DNA from: Armatimonadota bacterium
GTDB lineage: Bacteria; Armatimonadota; Zipacnadia; Zipacnadales; UBA11051
Assembly: GCA_013178155.1 (NCBI GenBank)
Contig: JABLXH010000009.1
Span: 8,548 to 72,547 of the forward strand
Length of the DNA stretch: 64,000 nt
Direction of reading: 5' to 3'
Part shown: piece by piece, positions 1 to 8,910 of the stretch
How the letters are laid out: each line of letters starts with the position of its first letter
Numbering within the stretch: the stretch's first letter is position 1
Notes under the pieces: model-generated
The model's database searches: none
The model's input: the letters and a program-made list of their open reading frames with translations, nothing else
Told to the model about the DNA's origin: nothing
Position numbers and translations under genes: made by a program

Positions 1-390
1 CCAGCCGCAAACGTAGCTGAGATTGTGGCTCAAGCCTCGGAGGTCGGCGGCCTGCGCGTCGTGGCACATTTGTTGCCCGACACCGCCCCGGAAGCGCTCA
101 TGGATCTGGTGGATGAAGTGGCCACAAAGCTGGGCGAGGGCGTTGTGTTGCTGGCCTCAACCGATGGTGATAAGGTTGCGCTGGTGTGCAAGGCGAGCGA
201 CGGCGCCGTTGCTGGTGGCGCCCATGCCGGGAACCTGGTTCGCGATGTCGCCACGCGCTGCGGGGGCGGGGGAGGGGGCAAGGCCAACTTCGCGCGTGCG
301 GGTGGCAAGGACCCATCGAAGGCCGCGGAAGCACTGGCAGCGGTACCGGCCCTCCTGGCCGACCAACTGCAACGGGGCGGGGGAGGCTGA
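1..390 (+). CDS. alaS: Alanyl-tRNA synthetase, C-terminal DHHA1 domain (5' partial)
   Basis: Frame 1 is open from base 1. C-terminus AGNLVRDVATRCGGGGGGKANFARAGG matches the AlaRS DHHA1 tail, and the gene lies directly upstream of ruvX as is typical. Confidence 0.9.
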   Translation, partial: PAANVAEIVAQASEVGGLRVVAHLLPDTAPEALMDLVDEVATKLGEGVVLLASTDGDKVALVCKASDGAVAGGAHAGNLVRDVATRCGGGGGGKANFARAGGKDPSKAAEALAAVPALLADQLQRGGGG

Positions 391-396
391 CAGCTC

Positions 397-822
397 TTGC
401 GTACCCTGGGCGTTGACTTGGGAACCAAACGCATCGGGCTGGCCCTCTCGGATCGAGAGGGCCGGATTGCCTCGCCGCTGCTAGTGCTGGAGCGCAAGGG
501 CGGAACCGACGATCTGCGCGAAGTAGCCCGGATCGCGATGGATTACGGAGCCGAATCGGTCGTTGTCGGGATTCCCGTGAACCTCCGTGGGCAGCATGCG
601 GAGGCAGCCGAGGCCGCAACTCAGGAGATCGCCGTGCTGCGCGGTCTCCTGTCCGTGCCCGTCAGCGTGTGGGACGAGCGGATGACATCCGTGGTGGCGC
701 GGCGAGGCCTAACCCAGGGAGGCCTCGACAGCCGACGGCAGCGCGAGATCGTGGACAAGGTGGCGGCCGCGGTCATGCTGCAGTCCTACCTCGACCAGAG
801 ATGGCAGCAGAATGGCCGGTAG
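397..822 (+). CDS. ruvX: Holliday junction resolvase-like / pre-16S rRNA nuclease YqgF
   Basis: Motifs LGVDLGTKRIGLALSD, VVVGIP, WDERMTS and VDKVAAAVMLQSYL. Confidence 0.95.
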   Translation: MRTLGVDLGTKRIGLALSDREGRIASPLLVLERKGGTDDLREVARIAMDYGAESVVVGIPVNLRGQHAEAAEAATQEIAVLRGLLSVPVSVWDERMTSVVARRGLTQGGLDSRRQREIVDKVAAAVMLQSYLDQRWQQNGR

Positions 823-1846
823 GAACCGACGTGAACATTACATGAACCCAGCGAGCACGGCAGTTCTTGTGGCTTGCACGGTAGCGGCACTGGTGTTGGG
901 CACCATCCTTTGGTTCCAGACTGCCCTCCGACCGGTGAGCAGTGACCCGGTAACGAAGCTCGTGGTTATCAGACCCGGCAAGATCAAGGACGTGGCAGGG
1001 GCCTTGGAGGCCAGCGGGGTAGTGCGCCACGCAACCGCATTCCGACTGATGGCCAAGGCTCGCATGGCCCTCGAGGGCGAGCATCCCAAAGCCGGTGCCT
1101 ACGACCTCAGCCCCAGCATGTCGGCTGAGGAGATCTGGCAACGGATTTGCGCGGGGCAGGTGGCCAAGCGGAAAGTGACGTTCCCTGAGGGCTTCACTGT
1201 CGCCCAGATGGCCGAGAGGCTGCAGGAACGTCTTCAGTTACCCACCGCCGACTTCCTGTCCGCCGCCCGCGGGTCGCGAGTGAGCCGCCAACTGGGATTC
1301 CGTCTGCCGGCCGGTTTGCTGGAGGGCTATCTGTTTCCCAGCACCTATGAGTTCCCGGTGGCGGGGGATGCCGGTCAGATGGTTGGCACCATGCTAGCCA
1401 CTTTTCAGACTGTATTCGCCCAACCCTACGCCGAAGAGATCAGCCGGCGTAAGCTGTCTCTGCACGAGATCGTGACTCTTGCCTCACTCGTGGAGCGCGA
1501 GGCCCGGAAACCCGAGGAGAGAGCACTCATCGCTGGAGTCCTGCAGAACCGCCTCGACCGCGGCATGCGGTTGCAGTGCGACGCTACGGTGCAGTACGCC
1601 TTGGGCGGACACCGTTCGCGCCTGCTGTACCGAGATCTGAAAGTCAGCTCGCCGTATAACACCTACCTGCATGCAGGGCTCCCACCGGGGCCGATCTGCA
1701 ACCCAGGCCTGGCGTGCTTGAGGGCAGCGCTTCGCCCCGCCAAGACCGACAAGCTGTTCTACGTGGCGCGGGCCGACGGAAGCCATGTCTTTACCCGGAC
1801 CTATGAGGAGCATCAGCAAGCGATCAGGCAGGTACGGGGGCGCTGA
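812..1846 (+). CDS. mltG: Endolytic transglycosylase MltG (YceG family); alternative start at 842
   Basis: N-terminal TM helix; motifs VTFPEG, LEGYLFPSTY, LASLVERE, LQCDATVQY, SPYNTY and GLPPGPICNPG. Confidence 0.95.
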   Translation: MAGRNRREHYMNPASTAVLVACTVAALVLGTILWFQTALRPVSSDPVTKLVVIRPGKIKDVAGALEASGVVRHATAFRLMAKARMALEGEHPKAGAYDLSPSMSAEEIWQRICAGQVAKRKVTFPEGFTVAQMAERLQERLQLPTADFLSAARGSRVSRQLGFRLPAGLLEGYLFPSTYEFPVAGDAGQMVGTMLATFQTVFAQPYAEEISRRKLSLHEIVTLASLVEREARKPEERALIAGVLQNRLDRGMRLQCDATVQYALGGHRSRLLYRDLKVSSPYNTYLHAGLPPGPICNPGLACLRAALRPAKTDKLFYVARADGSHVFTRTYEEHQQAIRQVRGR

Positions 1847-1847
1847 A

Positions 1848-2405
1848 TTGGGCTTCCTGGAGCATTTCCGACCTGACATCATCGTTCCCCGCCTGGAGTT
1901 TGTGGACCAGGAGGACCTTTGGGCACGCGGCATCCGCGGGGTGATTCTTGACCTGGATAACACCCTCTGTTACTGGCGAGCTTGCGAGCCTGGCCCCCAA
2001 CGTCGCCAGTGGATCGCGCGGGCGCGCGAGCGCTTCTCACTGTGCATTCTTTCCAACACTGTCAGGGGCCGCCGGCTGCGCGCCGTGGGCGAGGAACTGC
2101 GATTGCCGACTGTTGCTCGCTGGGCCTATGGCCGAAAACCCCTGGCCGAGGGCTTTCGAGCCGCCATGAGGCAAACGGGCACCACACCGGCCACCACGGC
2201 CATGATCGGGGACCAGTTGTTAGCTGACATTCTGGGTGCGAACCGGCTGGGGATGCTGTCGGTGTGGGTCTTGCCTCTGGGCCAGCATGAGTTCATCACC
2301 ACCAGGATTGCTCGGGCGCTGGAGCGTGCCATCACTAAGCGACTGGGGATCGACACCGAGCCTTACCGACGGCTCGCAGAGGGGGCGGACAATGGGCACG
2401 GTTGA
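1848..2405 (+). CDS. yqeG: YqeG family HAD IIIA phosphatase
   Basis: Motifs GIRGVILDLDNTL, LSN, KP and MIGDQLLADILGANRLG. TTG start at 1848, just after the mltG stop. Confidence 0.9.
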   Translation: MGFLEHFRPDIIVPRLEFVDQEDLWARGIRGVILDLDNTLCYWRACEPGPQRRQWIARARERFSLCILSNTVRGRRLRAVGEELRLPTVARWAYGRKPLAEGFRAAMRQTGTTPATTAMIGDQLLADILGANRLGMLSVWVLPLGQHEFITTRIARALERAITKRLGIDTEPYRRLAEGADNGHG

Positions 2406-3321
2406 CCTGCAGACCTGGGCAGAGGGCTTTGACGGCACGACACGGGTGGTGGGGGTCATCGGCTGGCCCGTACGACACAGCCTTTCGCCGCCGATGCAGA
2501 ACGCGGCCCTGGCGGCCGTGGGGCGCAACTGGGTCTACGTCCCTTTCGCGGTCGCCCCGGAGCACGTCGGTGACTGCATGGCTGCTGTCCGGGCACTTGA
2601 CCTGGTAGGCCTGAATGTCACGATACCCCACAAGGCAGCAGTCTTGGCCTATATGGATGACCTGGGGGAGGAGGCGCGGGCGCTGGGAGTGGTGAACACC
2701 ATCGTGAACCGCGAGGGGCGGCTCACCGGGCACAGCACCGACGGCGAGGGTTTCTTGCGGTCGCTGCGGGAGATAGGGGAGGACGTAGCCGGGCGAGATG
2801 TCTGTCTGATCGGGGCGGGCGGCAGTGCCCGAGCGGTGGCACTGGCCGTGTGTCGCGCCGGGGCCCGGAGGCTGACGGTCGTCAACCGGACTGCGGGCAA
2901 GGCAGAGGCGCTGGCCGAGCACCTGCAGCCACTCGCAGCCAATACGACCCTGAAGGCCCTGGGGCTGACCACGCCGGAGGCGGAGGCGGCCGTCCGCGGA
3001 GCGATGGTGGTGATCGACAGCACGGCCGTGGGCATGTACCCGCACCATGACACGGCGCCAGTAGTGCCTGAGGAATGGCTGCATGCCGGGCAAGTGGTGT
3101 GCGATCTGACCTACAACCCGCGCGACACCGTACTCCTGCAGGCCGCGCGGCGCCAAAATGCAGGGACCCTTGACGGGACAGGAATGTTAATACACCAGGG
3201 CGCGCTGGCGCTGGAGCTCTGGACCGGGGAGAAGGCGCCAGTGGAGGTCATGCGGGCCGCACTGTTGGCGGCTCTGGCACGGCAACAGGCAGTGACGGGA
3301 GGGAAGTCTCAGGCACCCTGA
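2392..3321 (+). CDS. aroE: Shikimate dehydrogenase
   Basis: Motifs IGWPVRHSLSPPMQN, GLNVTIPHK, VNT, STDGEGF, IGAGGSARA, NRT, DLTYNP and GTGMLIHQG. ATG at 2392 overlaps the yqeG end. Confidence 0.95.
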   Translation: MGTVDLQTWAEGFDGTTRVVGVIGWPVRHSLSPPMQNAALAAVGRNWVYVPFAVAPEHVGDCMAAVRALDLVGLNVTIPHKAAVLAYMDDLGEEARALGVVNTIVNREGRLTGHSTDGEGFLRSLREIGEDVAGRDVCLIGAGGSARAVALAVCRAGARRLTVVNRTAGKAEALAEHLQPLAANTTLKALGLTTPEAEAAVRGAMVVIDSTAVGMYPHHDTAPVVPEEWLHAGQVVCDLTYNPRDTVLLQAARRQNAGTLDGTGMLIHQGALALELWTGEKAPVEVMRAALLAALARQQAVTGGKSQAP

Positions 3322-3349
3322 GCGCCTCACGGTGCGGAGCGGGGTTCGC

Positions 3350-3379
3350 TTGACACTGTCTTGTTGGCTACACTATAAT
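3350..3379 (+). promoter_or_regulatory. Sigma70-type promoter, TTGACA-N18-TATAAT, upstream of pilB
   Basis: TTGACA at 3350-3355 and TATAAT at 3374-3379, both exact consensus, in the aroE-pilB gap. Confidence 0.85.
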
Positions 3380-3443
3380 CGCAGAACATAGGGCTTCGCG
3401 TCCCTCACCCCAAGGCTCTCGAGCTGCGAAGAGGTGCTTGTCC

Positions 3444-5261
3444 ATGCGCAGAGGCGGGCGCAAACTGATTGGTCAGATGCTGTTGGAGAAGGGTCTCCTG
3501 ACCCAGGAGCAGTTGGACCAGGCCCTGGAGGCGCAGAAGCAAAGCACCCAGCTCATCGGCGAGATTCTGATCGATCTGGGCTTTGTGCAGCGCCAACCTT
3601 TCTTTGAAACGCTGGCCGAGCAACTACGTGTTCCCTTTGTTGACCTCTCCCGGGCCAATGTTGACAGCAATATCGCGACGCTGTTGGACAAGGAGACCGC
3701 ACTTCGTCATCGGGCCTTGCCCGTGGGTCGCGGCGATGGGACGATCCGCGTGGCCATGGCCGAGCCCGAGGACGTGATGGCTGCCGACGACCTGAAAATG
3801 CGTTTGCAGGTTCCGGTGGAGCCATTGCTGGCTGACCCGGCGGAGCTGACCCGCACCATCGAGAAGGTTTTCCGCGATGGGGGTGGTGGGGGCGCCGCGG
3901 CCGCCCAACAGATGCCGCGGGCGCAGTCCGCGGCCAAGCCCCAGGATAGGTTCGGCTTCGGCGATATCGCGGCTCTGGCAGAGACCGTCAGAGACTCCAG
4001 CATGCTGGCCGCCGAGGGCGAAGACGAGGACGCCGAGCAGCGCATCGAGACAGACCGCCTGGCAGACGTTGCCGACGAGGCGCCTATCATCCGCATCGCC
4101 AAGGTCATCATCCAGCGGGCGGTGCAGGAGCGGTCGAGTGACATTCATATCGAGCCGGCTCGCAACGGTGTCCGTGTGCGCTACCGCATTGACGGCGTGC
4201 TGCACGAGGTGATGCGGGTACCCAAGTACGTCCACGCGCCGCTCCTGTCGCGTGTCAAGATCATGTCTGGCATGAACATCGCCGAGCGGCGCGTACCCCA
4301 GGACGGCCGTATCCACATTCGCCACGCCGGCAAGGACTATGACCTGCGGGTGTCTGTCATCCCCACGACGAACGGCGAGAAATCGGTCATGCGAATCCTG
4401 GACAAGAGCTCTATCCAGGTAGGGCTTGAGTCGCTTGGCATCCTGCCCAGCATGATGAGTCGCGTGGAAAAGCTCATCGTGCAGCCCAACGGCATGATCC
4501 TTTCTACGGGCCCCACCGGGTCGGGGAAGACAACCACGCAGTATTCCATTCTGAATCGTATCAACTCGGTTGAGACCAACATCATCACCATCGAGGATCC
4601 GGTTGAGTACGAGCTGGAAGGCATCAGCCAGGTGCACGTGAATCGGAAGGCCGGTCTGACGTTCGCTGTGGCCCTGAAGTACTTCTTGCGGCAGGACCCG
4701 GACGTCATTCTGGTGGGCGAGATCCGCGACCTTGAGACTTCCGAGATCGCGGTTCAGGCCGCTCTCACCGGCCATCTGGTGCTCAGCACTCTGCACACCA
4801 ATGACGCCCCCTCCACGGTTACACGCATGGTGGACATGGGCGTCGAGCCGTTCCTTATCGCCTCGTCGGTCATCGCCTCGCTCTCCCAGCGCCTGGCGCG
4901 CCGTATCTGCCAGGACTGCAAGGAGGAGTACCAGCCTCGGCGCGACCTGCTGCTGGGCTTCGGGTTCGATCCGGACGCACCCGAGAACCGCGATCAGAAG
5001 TTCTACCGTGGCGTAGGCTGTGAGAACTGCCGCTTCACGGGTTACCGGGGCCGCGTGGGGATCTACGAGCTCATGGAGATGAACGAGGAGATCGCCGAGC
5101 TGATTGTCAAGCGCGCTTCGGCGGGTCAGATCAAGGAGGCGGCACTGGCGGCGGGGATGGTGACTCTGGCGCGGGACGGCTTCGAGAAGGCGCGGCTAGG
5201 CCTGACCAACCCCGACGACCTCGTGCGCGTGGTCTTCACAGCAGGCGGCACCCAGGGCTAG
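3444..5261 (+). CDS. pilB: Type IV pilus extension ATPase PilB (GspE/PulE family) with an N-terminal MshEN-like domain
   Basis: Walker A GPTGSGKTTT, ITIEDPVEY, LRQDPDVILVGEIRD, TGHLVLSTLHTNDA, tetra-Cys Zn site (ICQDC...GCENC), GYRGRVGIYE. RBS GAGGTG precedes ATG 3444. Confidence 0.95.
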   Translation: MRRGGRKLIGQMLLEKGLLTQEQLDQALEAQKQSTQLIGEILIDLGFVQRQPFFETLAEQLRVPFVDLSRANVDSNIATLLDKETALRHRALPVGRGDGTIRVAMAEPEDVMAADDLKMRLQVPVEPLLADPAELTRTIEKVFRDGGGGGAAAAQQMPRAQSAAKPQDRFGFGDIAALAETVRDSSMLAAEGEDEDAEQRIETDRLADVADEAPIIRIAKVIIQRAVQERSSDIHIEPARNGVRVRYRIDGVLHEVMRVPKYVHAPLLSRVKIMSGMNIAERRVPQDGRIHIRHAGKDYDLRVSVIPTTNGEKSVMRILDKSSIQVGLESLGILPSMMSRVEKLIVQPNGMILSTGPTGSGKTTTQYSILNRINSVETNIITIEDPVEYELEGISQVHVNRKAGLTFAVALKYFLRQDPDVILVGEIRDLETSEIAVQAALTGHLVLSTLHTNDAPSTVTRMVDMGVEPFLIASSVIASLSQRLARRICQDCKEEYQPRRDLLLGFGFDPDAPENRDQKFYRGVGCENCRFTGYRGRVGIYELMEMNEEIAELIVKRASAGQIKEAALAAGMVTLARDGFEKARLGLTNPDDLVRVVFTAGGTQG

Positions 5262-5427
5262 GGTCGTGTGCTGACAGGGGGCGGCGTGTCGGGGCCGGCG
5301 CGGGCCGGCCCTTGGCGTAGGCAGGGGGCAGATGGAGACGTGGCCCCCGAGATGATGACGTTGTGGTTGTGCCCTTGCCTGTAAGTGAACGGGCATTCGA
5401 TGCGACTTTTGGAGGAAACCAACCAAG

Positions 5428-6582
5428 ATGGCTCAGAACCCCGCTGCCCCGCCTCCTGGAGCCGTACCCGGAGCAGTCGCCAAGAAGCCCGCTGGCGTGC
5501 AGCGGACCCCCATTGACGATGTGCATCTGGACGAGTTGCTGGAGATCGTCGTCGAGAACAACGCCTCTGACCTCCACGTGGCCGTCGGTCTGCCTCCCGT
5601 CATGCGCGTGGACGGGGAGCTCAAGGCGATGCGGTACACGCCGTTTACCCCTGAAGTCTCCCAACGCATGATCTACGACATCCTGACCGACGAGCACATC
5701 CAGCGGTTTGAGACCGATCTCGAGCTGGACTGCTCCTATCAGTTGCGGAAGGTGGCGCGCTTCCGGGTCAATGTGTTCAAGGACCGGGGCACGGTTGCAG
5801 CCGCGTTCCGCCTTATTCCCACCAAGATACCGACCATCCAGCAGCTGGGCCTGCCCCCGGTCATCGAGCGCCTGGCGCGACGTCCCCGCGGCCTGCTGCT
5901 GGTGACTGGTCCAACCGGAAGCGGTAAGTCCACCACTCTGGCCGCCATGATTCACCAGATCAACAATGAGCGGGCGGAGCACATCATCACCATTGAGGAC
6001 CCGATCGAGTACTTGCATACCCACCGCAAGTGCATTATCAACCAGCGCGAGTTGGGCCAGGACACCCACGCCTTCCAGAATGCTCTGCGGGCCTCCCTGC
6101 GCGAGGACCCGGACGCACTGCTGGTGGGTGAGATGCGTGATCTGGAGACCATCAAGCTGGCCATCACTTGCGCCGAGACGGGGCACTTGGTCCTGGCTAC
6201 ACTGCACACCAACAGCGCCGCGGAGTCGGTTGACCGCATTATTGACGTCTTCCCGGCCGAGGAACAGGAGCAGATCCGCGTTCAGCTCTCCAACAACCTT
6301 ATCGGGGTCATCTCGCAGCAGTTGCTGCCACGAGCGGGGCAACCCGGTCGCGTGGCGGCAATCGAGGTGATGGTCGCCACGTCGGCTATCCGCAACCTGA
6401 TCCGCGAGAACAAAGCGCATCAGATGACCTCGATCATCCAGACCAGCGCCGCTGACGGCATGCAGACCATGGACCAGGCTCTGCGCGATCTGTATCAGCA
6501 GAGCCTGATTACCTACGAGATGGCGATGCAGCGGTCCCAGAACCCGCAAGAGCTGGAGAAGCTGATCCGCGGGGATGCTTAA
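5428..6582 (+). CDS. pilT: Type IV pilus retraction ATPase PilT
   Basis: Motifs ASDLH, RFRVN, GPTGSGKSTTLAAMI, LREDPD..LVGEMRD, the PilT signature AIRNLIRE, and GMQTMDQ. Confidence 0.95.
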   Translation: MAQNPAAPPPGAVPGAVAKKPAGVQRTPIDDVHLDELLEIVVENNASDLHVAVGLPPVMRVDGELKAMRYTPFTPEVSQRMIYDILTDEHIQRFETDLELDCSYQLRKVARFRVNVFKDRGTVAAAFRLIPTKIPTIQQLGLPPVIERLARRPRGLLLVTGPTGSGKSTTLAAMIHQINNERAEHIITIEDPIEYLHTHRKCIINQRELGQDTHAFQNALRASLREDPDALLVGEMRDLETIKLAITCAETGHLVLATLHTNSAAESVDRIIDVFPAEEQEQIRVQLSNNLIGVISQQLLPRAGQPGRVAAIEVMVATSAIRNLIRENKAHQMTSIIQTSAADGMQTMDQALRDLYQQSLITYEMAMQRSQNPQELEKLIRGDA

Positions 6583-6600
6583 GGCTCTGAACCCGGCCAG

Positions 6601-6622
6601 CGGCTGCCGGGACCCTTCGGGT
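6601..6622 (+). terminator. GC-rich hairpins after pilT (includes ACCC-TTCG-GGT); possible weak terminator or RNA-stability element
   Basis: Inverted repeats CCCGG...CCGGG and a UUCG-loop stem right after the pilT stop; no U-tract. Confidence 0.3.
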
Positions 6623-6715
6623 GCCGTTAGTTGTCAGTGACTGAGTAGACCGACACCAGATCAGGCCAGTGCGGCGGATGTTTGGCCGCAGAAGGCAGGA
6701 GGGTGCGCGACGACG

Positions 6716-7960
6716 ATGGCTACATTTGCCTATGTCGCCACGGATAAGACTGGCAAGGAGATCCGGGGCAACCAGGAGGCAGGCAGCAAGGAAGCCCTGA
6801 TCAAGAATCTGCGCGAGAAGGGCTTGGCGGTCAAGTCCGTCCAAGAGGACAAGCCGGTGGTCAAGGCCAAAGCGAAGGGGCGGGGCTTCCGGCTGTTCGG
6901 GGGCAAGGTAGCACTGAAAGACTTGTCGATCTTCTGCCGCCAGTTCGCCACCATGATCAACGCCGGCGTATCGCTGGTCCGCTGTCTGGACGTCCTTGAG
7001 CAGCAGTCTTCCAGCCCGCGGCTCAAGGAGATCATCCGCGACATTGAGATGGAAGTGCAGGGCGGCGCTACCCTGTCGCGGGCCATGGCCAAGTTCCCAC
7101 GCGTGTTCTCCAACCTGAGCACGGGTTTGGTCCGCGCGGGTGAAGTTGGCGGCGTACTGGACGAGACCCTCGACCGTCTGGCTGGCTTCCTTGAGAAGGA
7201 CATGGAGCTACGCCGGAAGGTCAAGTCATCCATGACCTACCCTGTCCTGGTCATGATCGTCGCCATCGGCATCGTGACCTTCCTGGTCACCTTCATCTTG
7301 CCCAAGTTCATCTCGCTCTTCAAGGAACTGGGCATGACGGACGACAAGTTCCCCTTGCCGACGCTGATGCTGATGCGCACCAGCCAGTTTATGACCAGCA
7401 AGTGGTACATCATGGTGGGTGCGATCGTGGCTCTGACCATTGCTATGAACCGCATTCGGGCCACCAAGACTGGCCGCCGGTACTTTGACATCATTAAGCT
7501 GAAGCTGCCTGTTTTTGGCCCCCTGAACCACAAGATCGCTATCGCGCGGTTCGCCCGCACGTTCTCGACCCTCCTGTCCTCCGGCGTTCCCATTCTGCAG
7601 GCCATGGAGACGGTGGCTGGCACCGTTGACAACGACATTATCGCTGATGCCATCCTGATGTCTCGTGCCGCGATTCGTGAGGGCGACACCATCGCTGATC
7701 CGCTGGCGGCCAGCAAGATGTTCCCCCCGATGGTGGTGCAGATGATCACCATCGGCGAGGAGACCGGACAGCTTGACTCGATGCTTTCGAAGGTGGCCGA
7801 CTTCTACGAGAGTGAGGTTGACGCCGCCCTGGAGAGCTTGACCAGCGCGTTGGAGCCCGTGCTCATCGTCTTCCTGGGTGTGGTGGTAGGCTTCATTGTT
7901 GTGTCCATGTTCTTGCCGCTCATCGCTATCATCGGCGAACTGTCGGGTGGCGGTGGCTAG
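6716..7960 (+). CDS. pilC: Type IV pilus inner-membrane platform protein PilC (GspF family)
   Basis: Motifs FCRQFATMINAGVSL, AGEVGGVLDETL, YP, LLSSGVPIL, GEETGQLD and LEP. Confidence 0.95.
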   Translation: MATFAYVATDKTGKEIRGNQEAGSKEALIKNLREKGLAVKSVQEDKPVVKAKAKGRGFRLFGGKVALKDLSIFCRQFATMINAGVSLVRCLDVLEQQSSSPRLKEIIRDIEMEVQGGATLSRAMAKFPRVFSNLSTGLVRAGEVGGVLDETLDRLAGFLEKDMELRRKVKSSMTYPVLVMIVAIGIVTFLVTFILPKFISLFKELGMTDDKFPLPTLMLMRTSQFMTSKWYIMVGAIVALTIAMNRIRATKTGRRYFDIIKLKLPVFGPLNHKIAIARFARTFSTLLSSGVPILQAMETVAGTVDNDIIADAILMSRAAIREGDTIADPLAASKMFPPMVVQMITIGEETGQLDSMLSKVADFYESEVDAALESLTSALEPVLIVFLGVVVGFIVVSMFLPLIAIIGELSGGGG

Positions 7961-7993
7961 ACCACGGCAGTAGCTGTGCTGGGGACGACCCCA

Positions 7994-8019
7994 AGGGGCG
8001 GAGGATGACCTCCGCCCCT
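7994..8019 (+). terminator. Perfect 11-bp hairpin between pilC and pilD
   Basis: AGGGGCGGAGG-ATGA-CCTCCGCCCCT, followed by CCTTGTT. Confidence 0.55.
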
Positions 8020-8039
8020 CCTTGTTGGAGCGACATCCC

Positions 8040-8876
8040 ATGGAATGGCTCCTGTGGCTCCTGGTGTTTATGCTGGGAGCTGCCCTTGGTAGCTTCGCTA
8101 ACGTCGTCATCTATCGTCTGCCACTGGCCGAGTCGGTCGTGACGCCCCCCTCACACTGCTTTAGCTGTGGTGCCCGTCTGACCGTGCTGGACCTCGTGCC
8201 GGTGCTCTCCTACCTCCTGTTGCGTGGTCGCTGCCGACACTGCGGACATCGCTTCAGCGCGCGCTACGCGCTGGTGGAAACAGTCTGCGGGTTACTCGCC
8301 ATGGGCATTCTGCTCCTGCTGGGCCCCACGTGGCAGGCCCTGGCTACCTTCGTCATCTGCTACTGTCTGGTGATCATCCTGTTCATTGACCTTGACCATA
8401 TGATCATCCCGGATGAGTTTGTGGGCATCATCGCCGTGGTAGGGGTTGCGCTGGATGTTGCCGAACTGGTCCGGCGCGGCGCTCCAGCGGCTGTGAGCTT
8501 CAGCGAATGGGTGGGGCCGACAGCCTTCACCGTCTATCTGCCACGTTCACTGGTGGGTCTTGTGGGCGGCGCAGGCCTGCTGCTCTTGCTGGGCTTCGTG
8601 TTTGAGAAGGCGCTGGGCAAGCCCAGTATGGGGGGGGGCGACGTGAAGCTAGCGGGAGCGATGGGAGCTGTGCTCGGGCCAGGCTATCATTTCCTGAGCT
8701 ACTTCCTGCTGGCGGTAGTCGCGGGCGCGGTGGTTGGAGTCGCGCTGATGGCGCTGCGCCTGCGCGGTCGGCGGGACTACATCCCCTTTGGTCCGATGCT
8801 GGCGGCAGCGGGCATCGCGGTGCTGCTCTTTGGCGATACCATCGTGCCGTGGGTCATTGCTCGTTTCACTCTTTGA
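8040..8876 (+). CDS. pilD: Prepilin peptidase / N-methyltransferase PilD
   Basis: Motifs GSFANVVIYRLP, SHCFSCG, GRCRHCG, IDLDH and MGGGDVKL, with multiple TM helices. RBS GGAG precedes ATG 8040. Confidence 0.93.
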   Translation: MEWLLWLLVFMLGAALGSFANVVIYRLPLAESVVTPPSHCFSCGARLTVLDLVPVLSYLLLRGRCRHCGHRFSARYALVETVCGLLAMGILLLLGPTWQALATFVICYCLVIILFIDLDHMIIPDEFVGIIAVVGVALDVAELVRRGAPAAVSFSEWVGPTAFTVYLPRSLVGLVGGAGLLLLLGFVFEKALGKPSMGGGDVKLAGAMGAVLGPGYHFLSYFLLAVVAGAVVGVALMALRLRGRRDYIPFGPMLAAAGIAVLLFGDTIVPWVIARFTL

Positions 8877-8881
8877 GTGAG

Positions 8882-8910
8882 CTTTCGGGGCACCAAGTGC
8901 GCTCCGAAAG
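8882..8910 (+). terminator. Hairpin after pilD
   Basis: CTTTCGGGGCAC-CAA-GTGCGCTCCGAAAG, a bulged stem immediately after the stop codon. Confidence 0.45.

Noticed and set aside
5364-5378. Sigma54-like spacing TGG-N10-GC (TGGTTGTGCCCTTGC) upstream of pilT
   Set aside because: The GG/GC spacing fits, but the conserved CAC after TGG is absent; too weak without other evidence.
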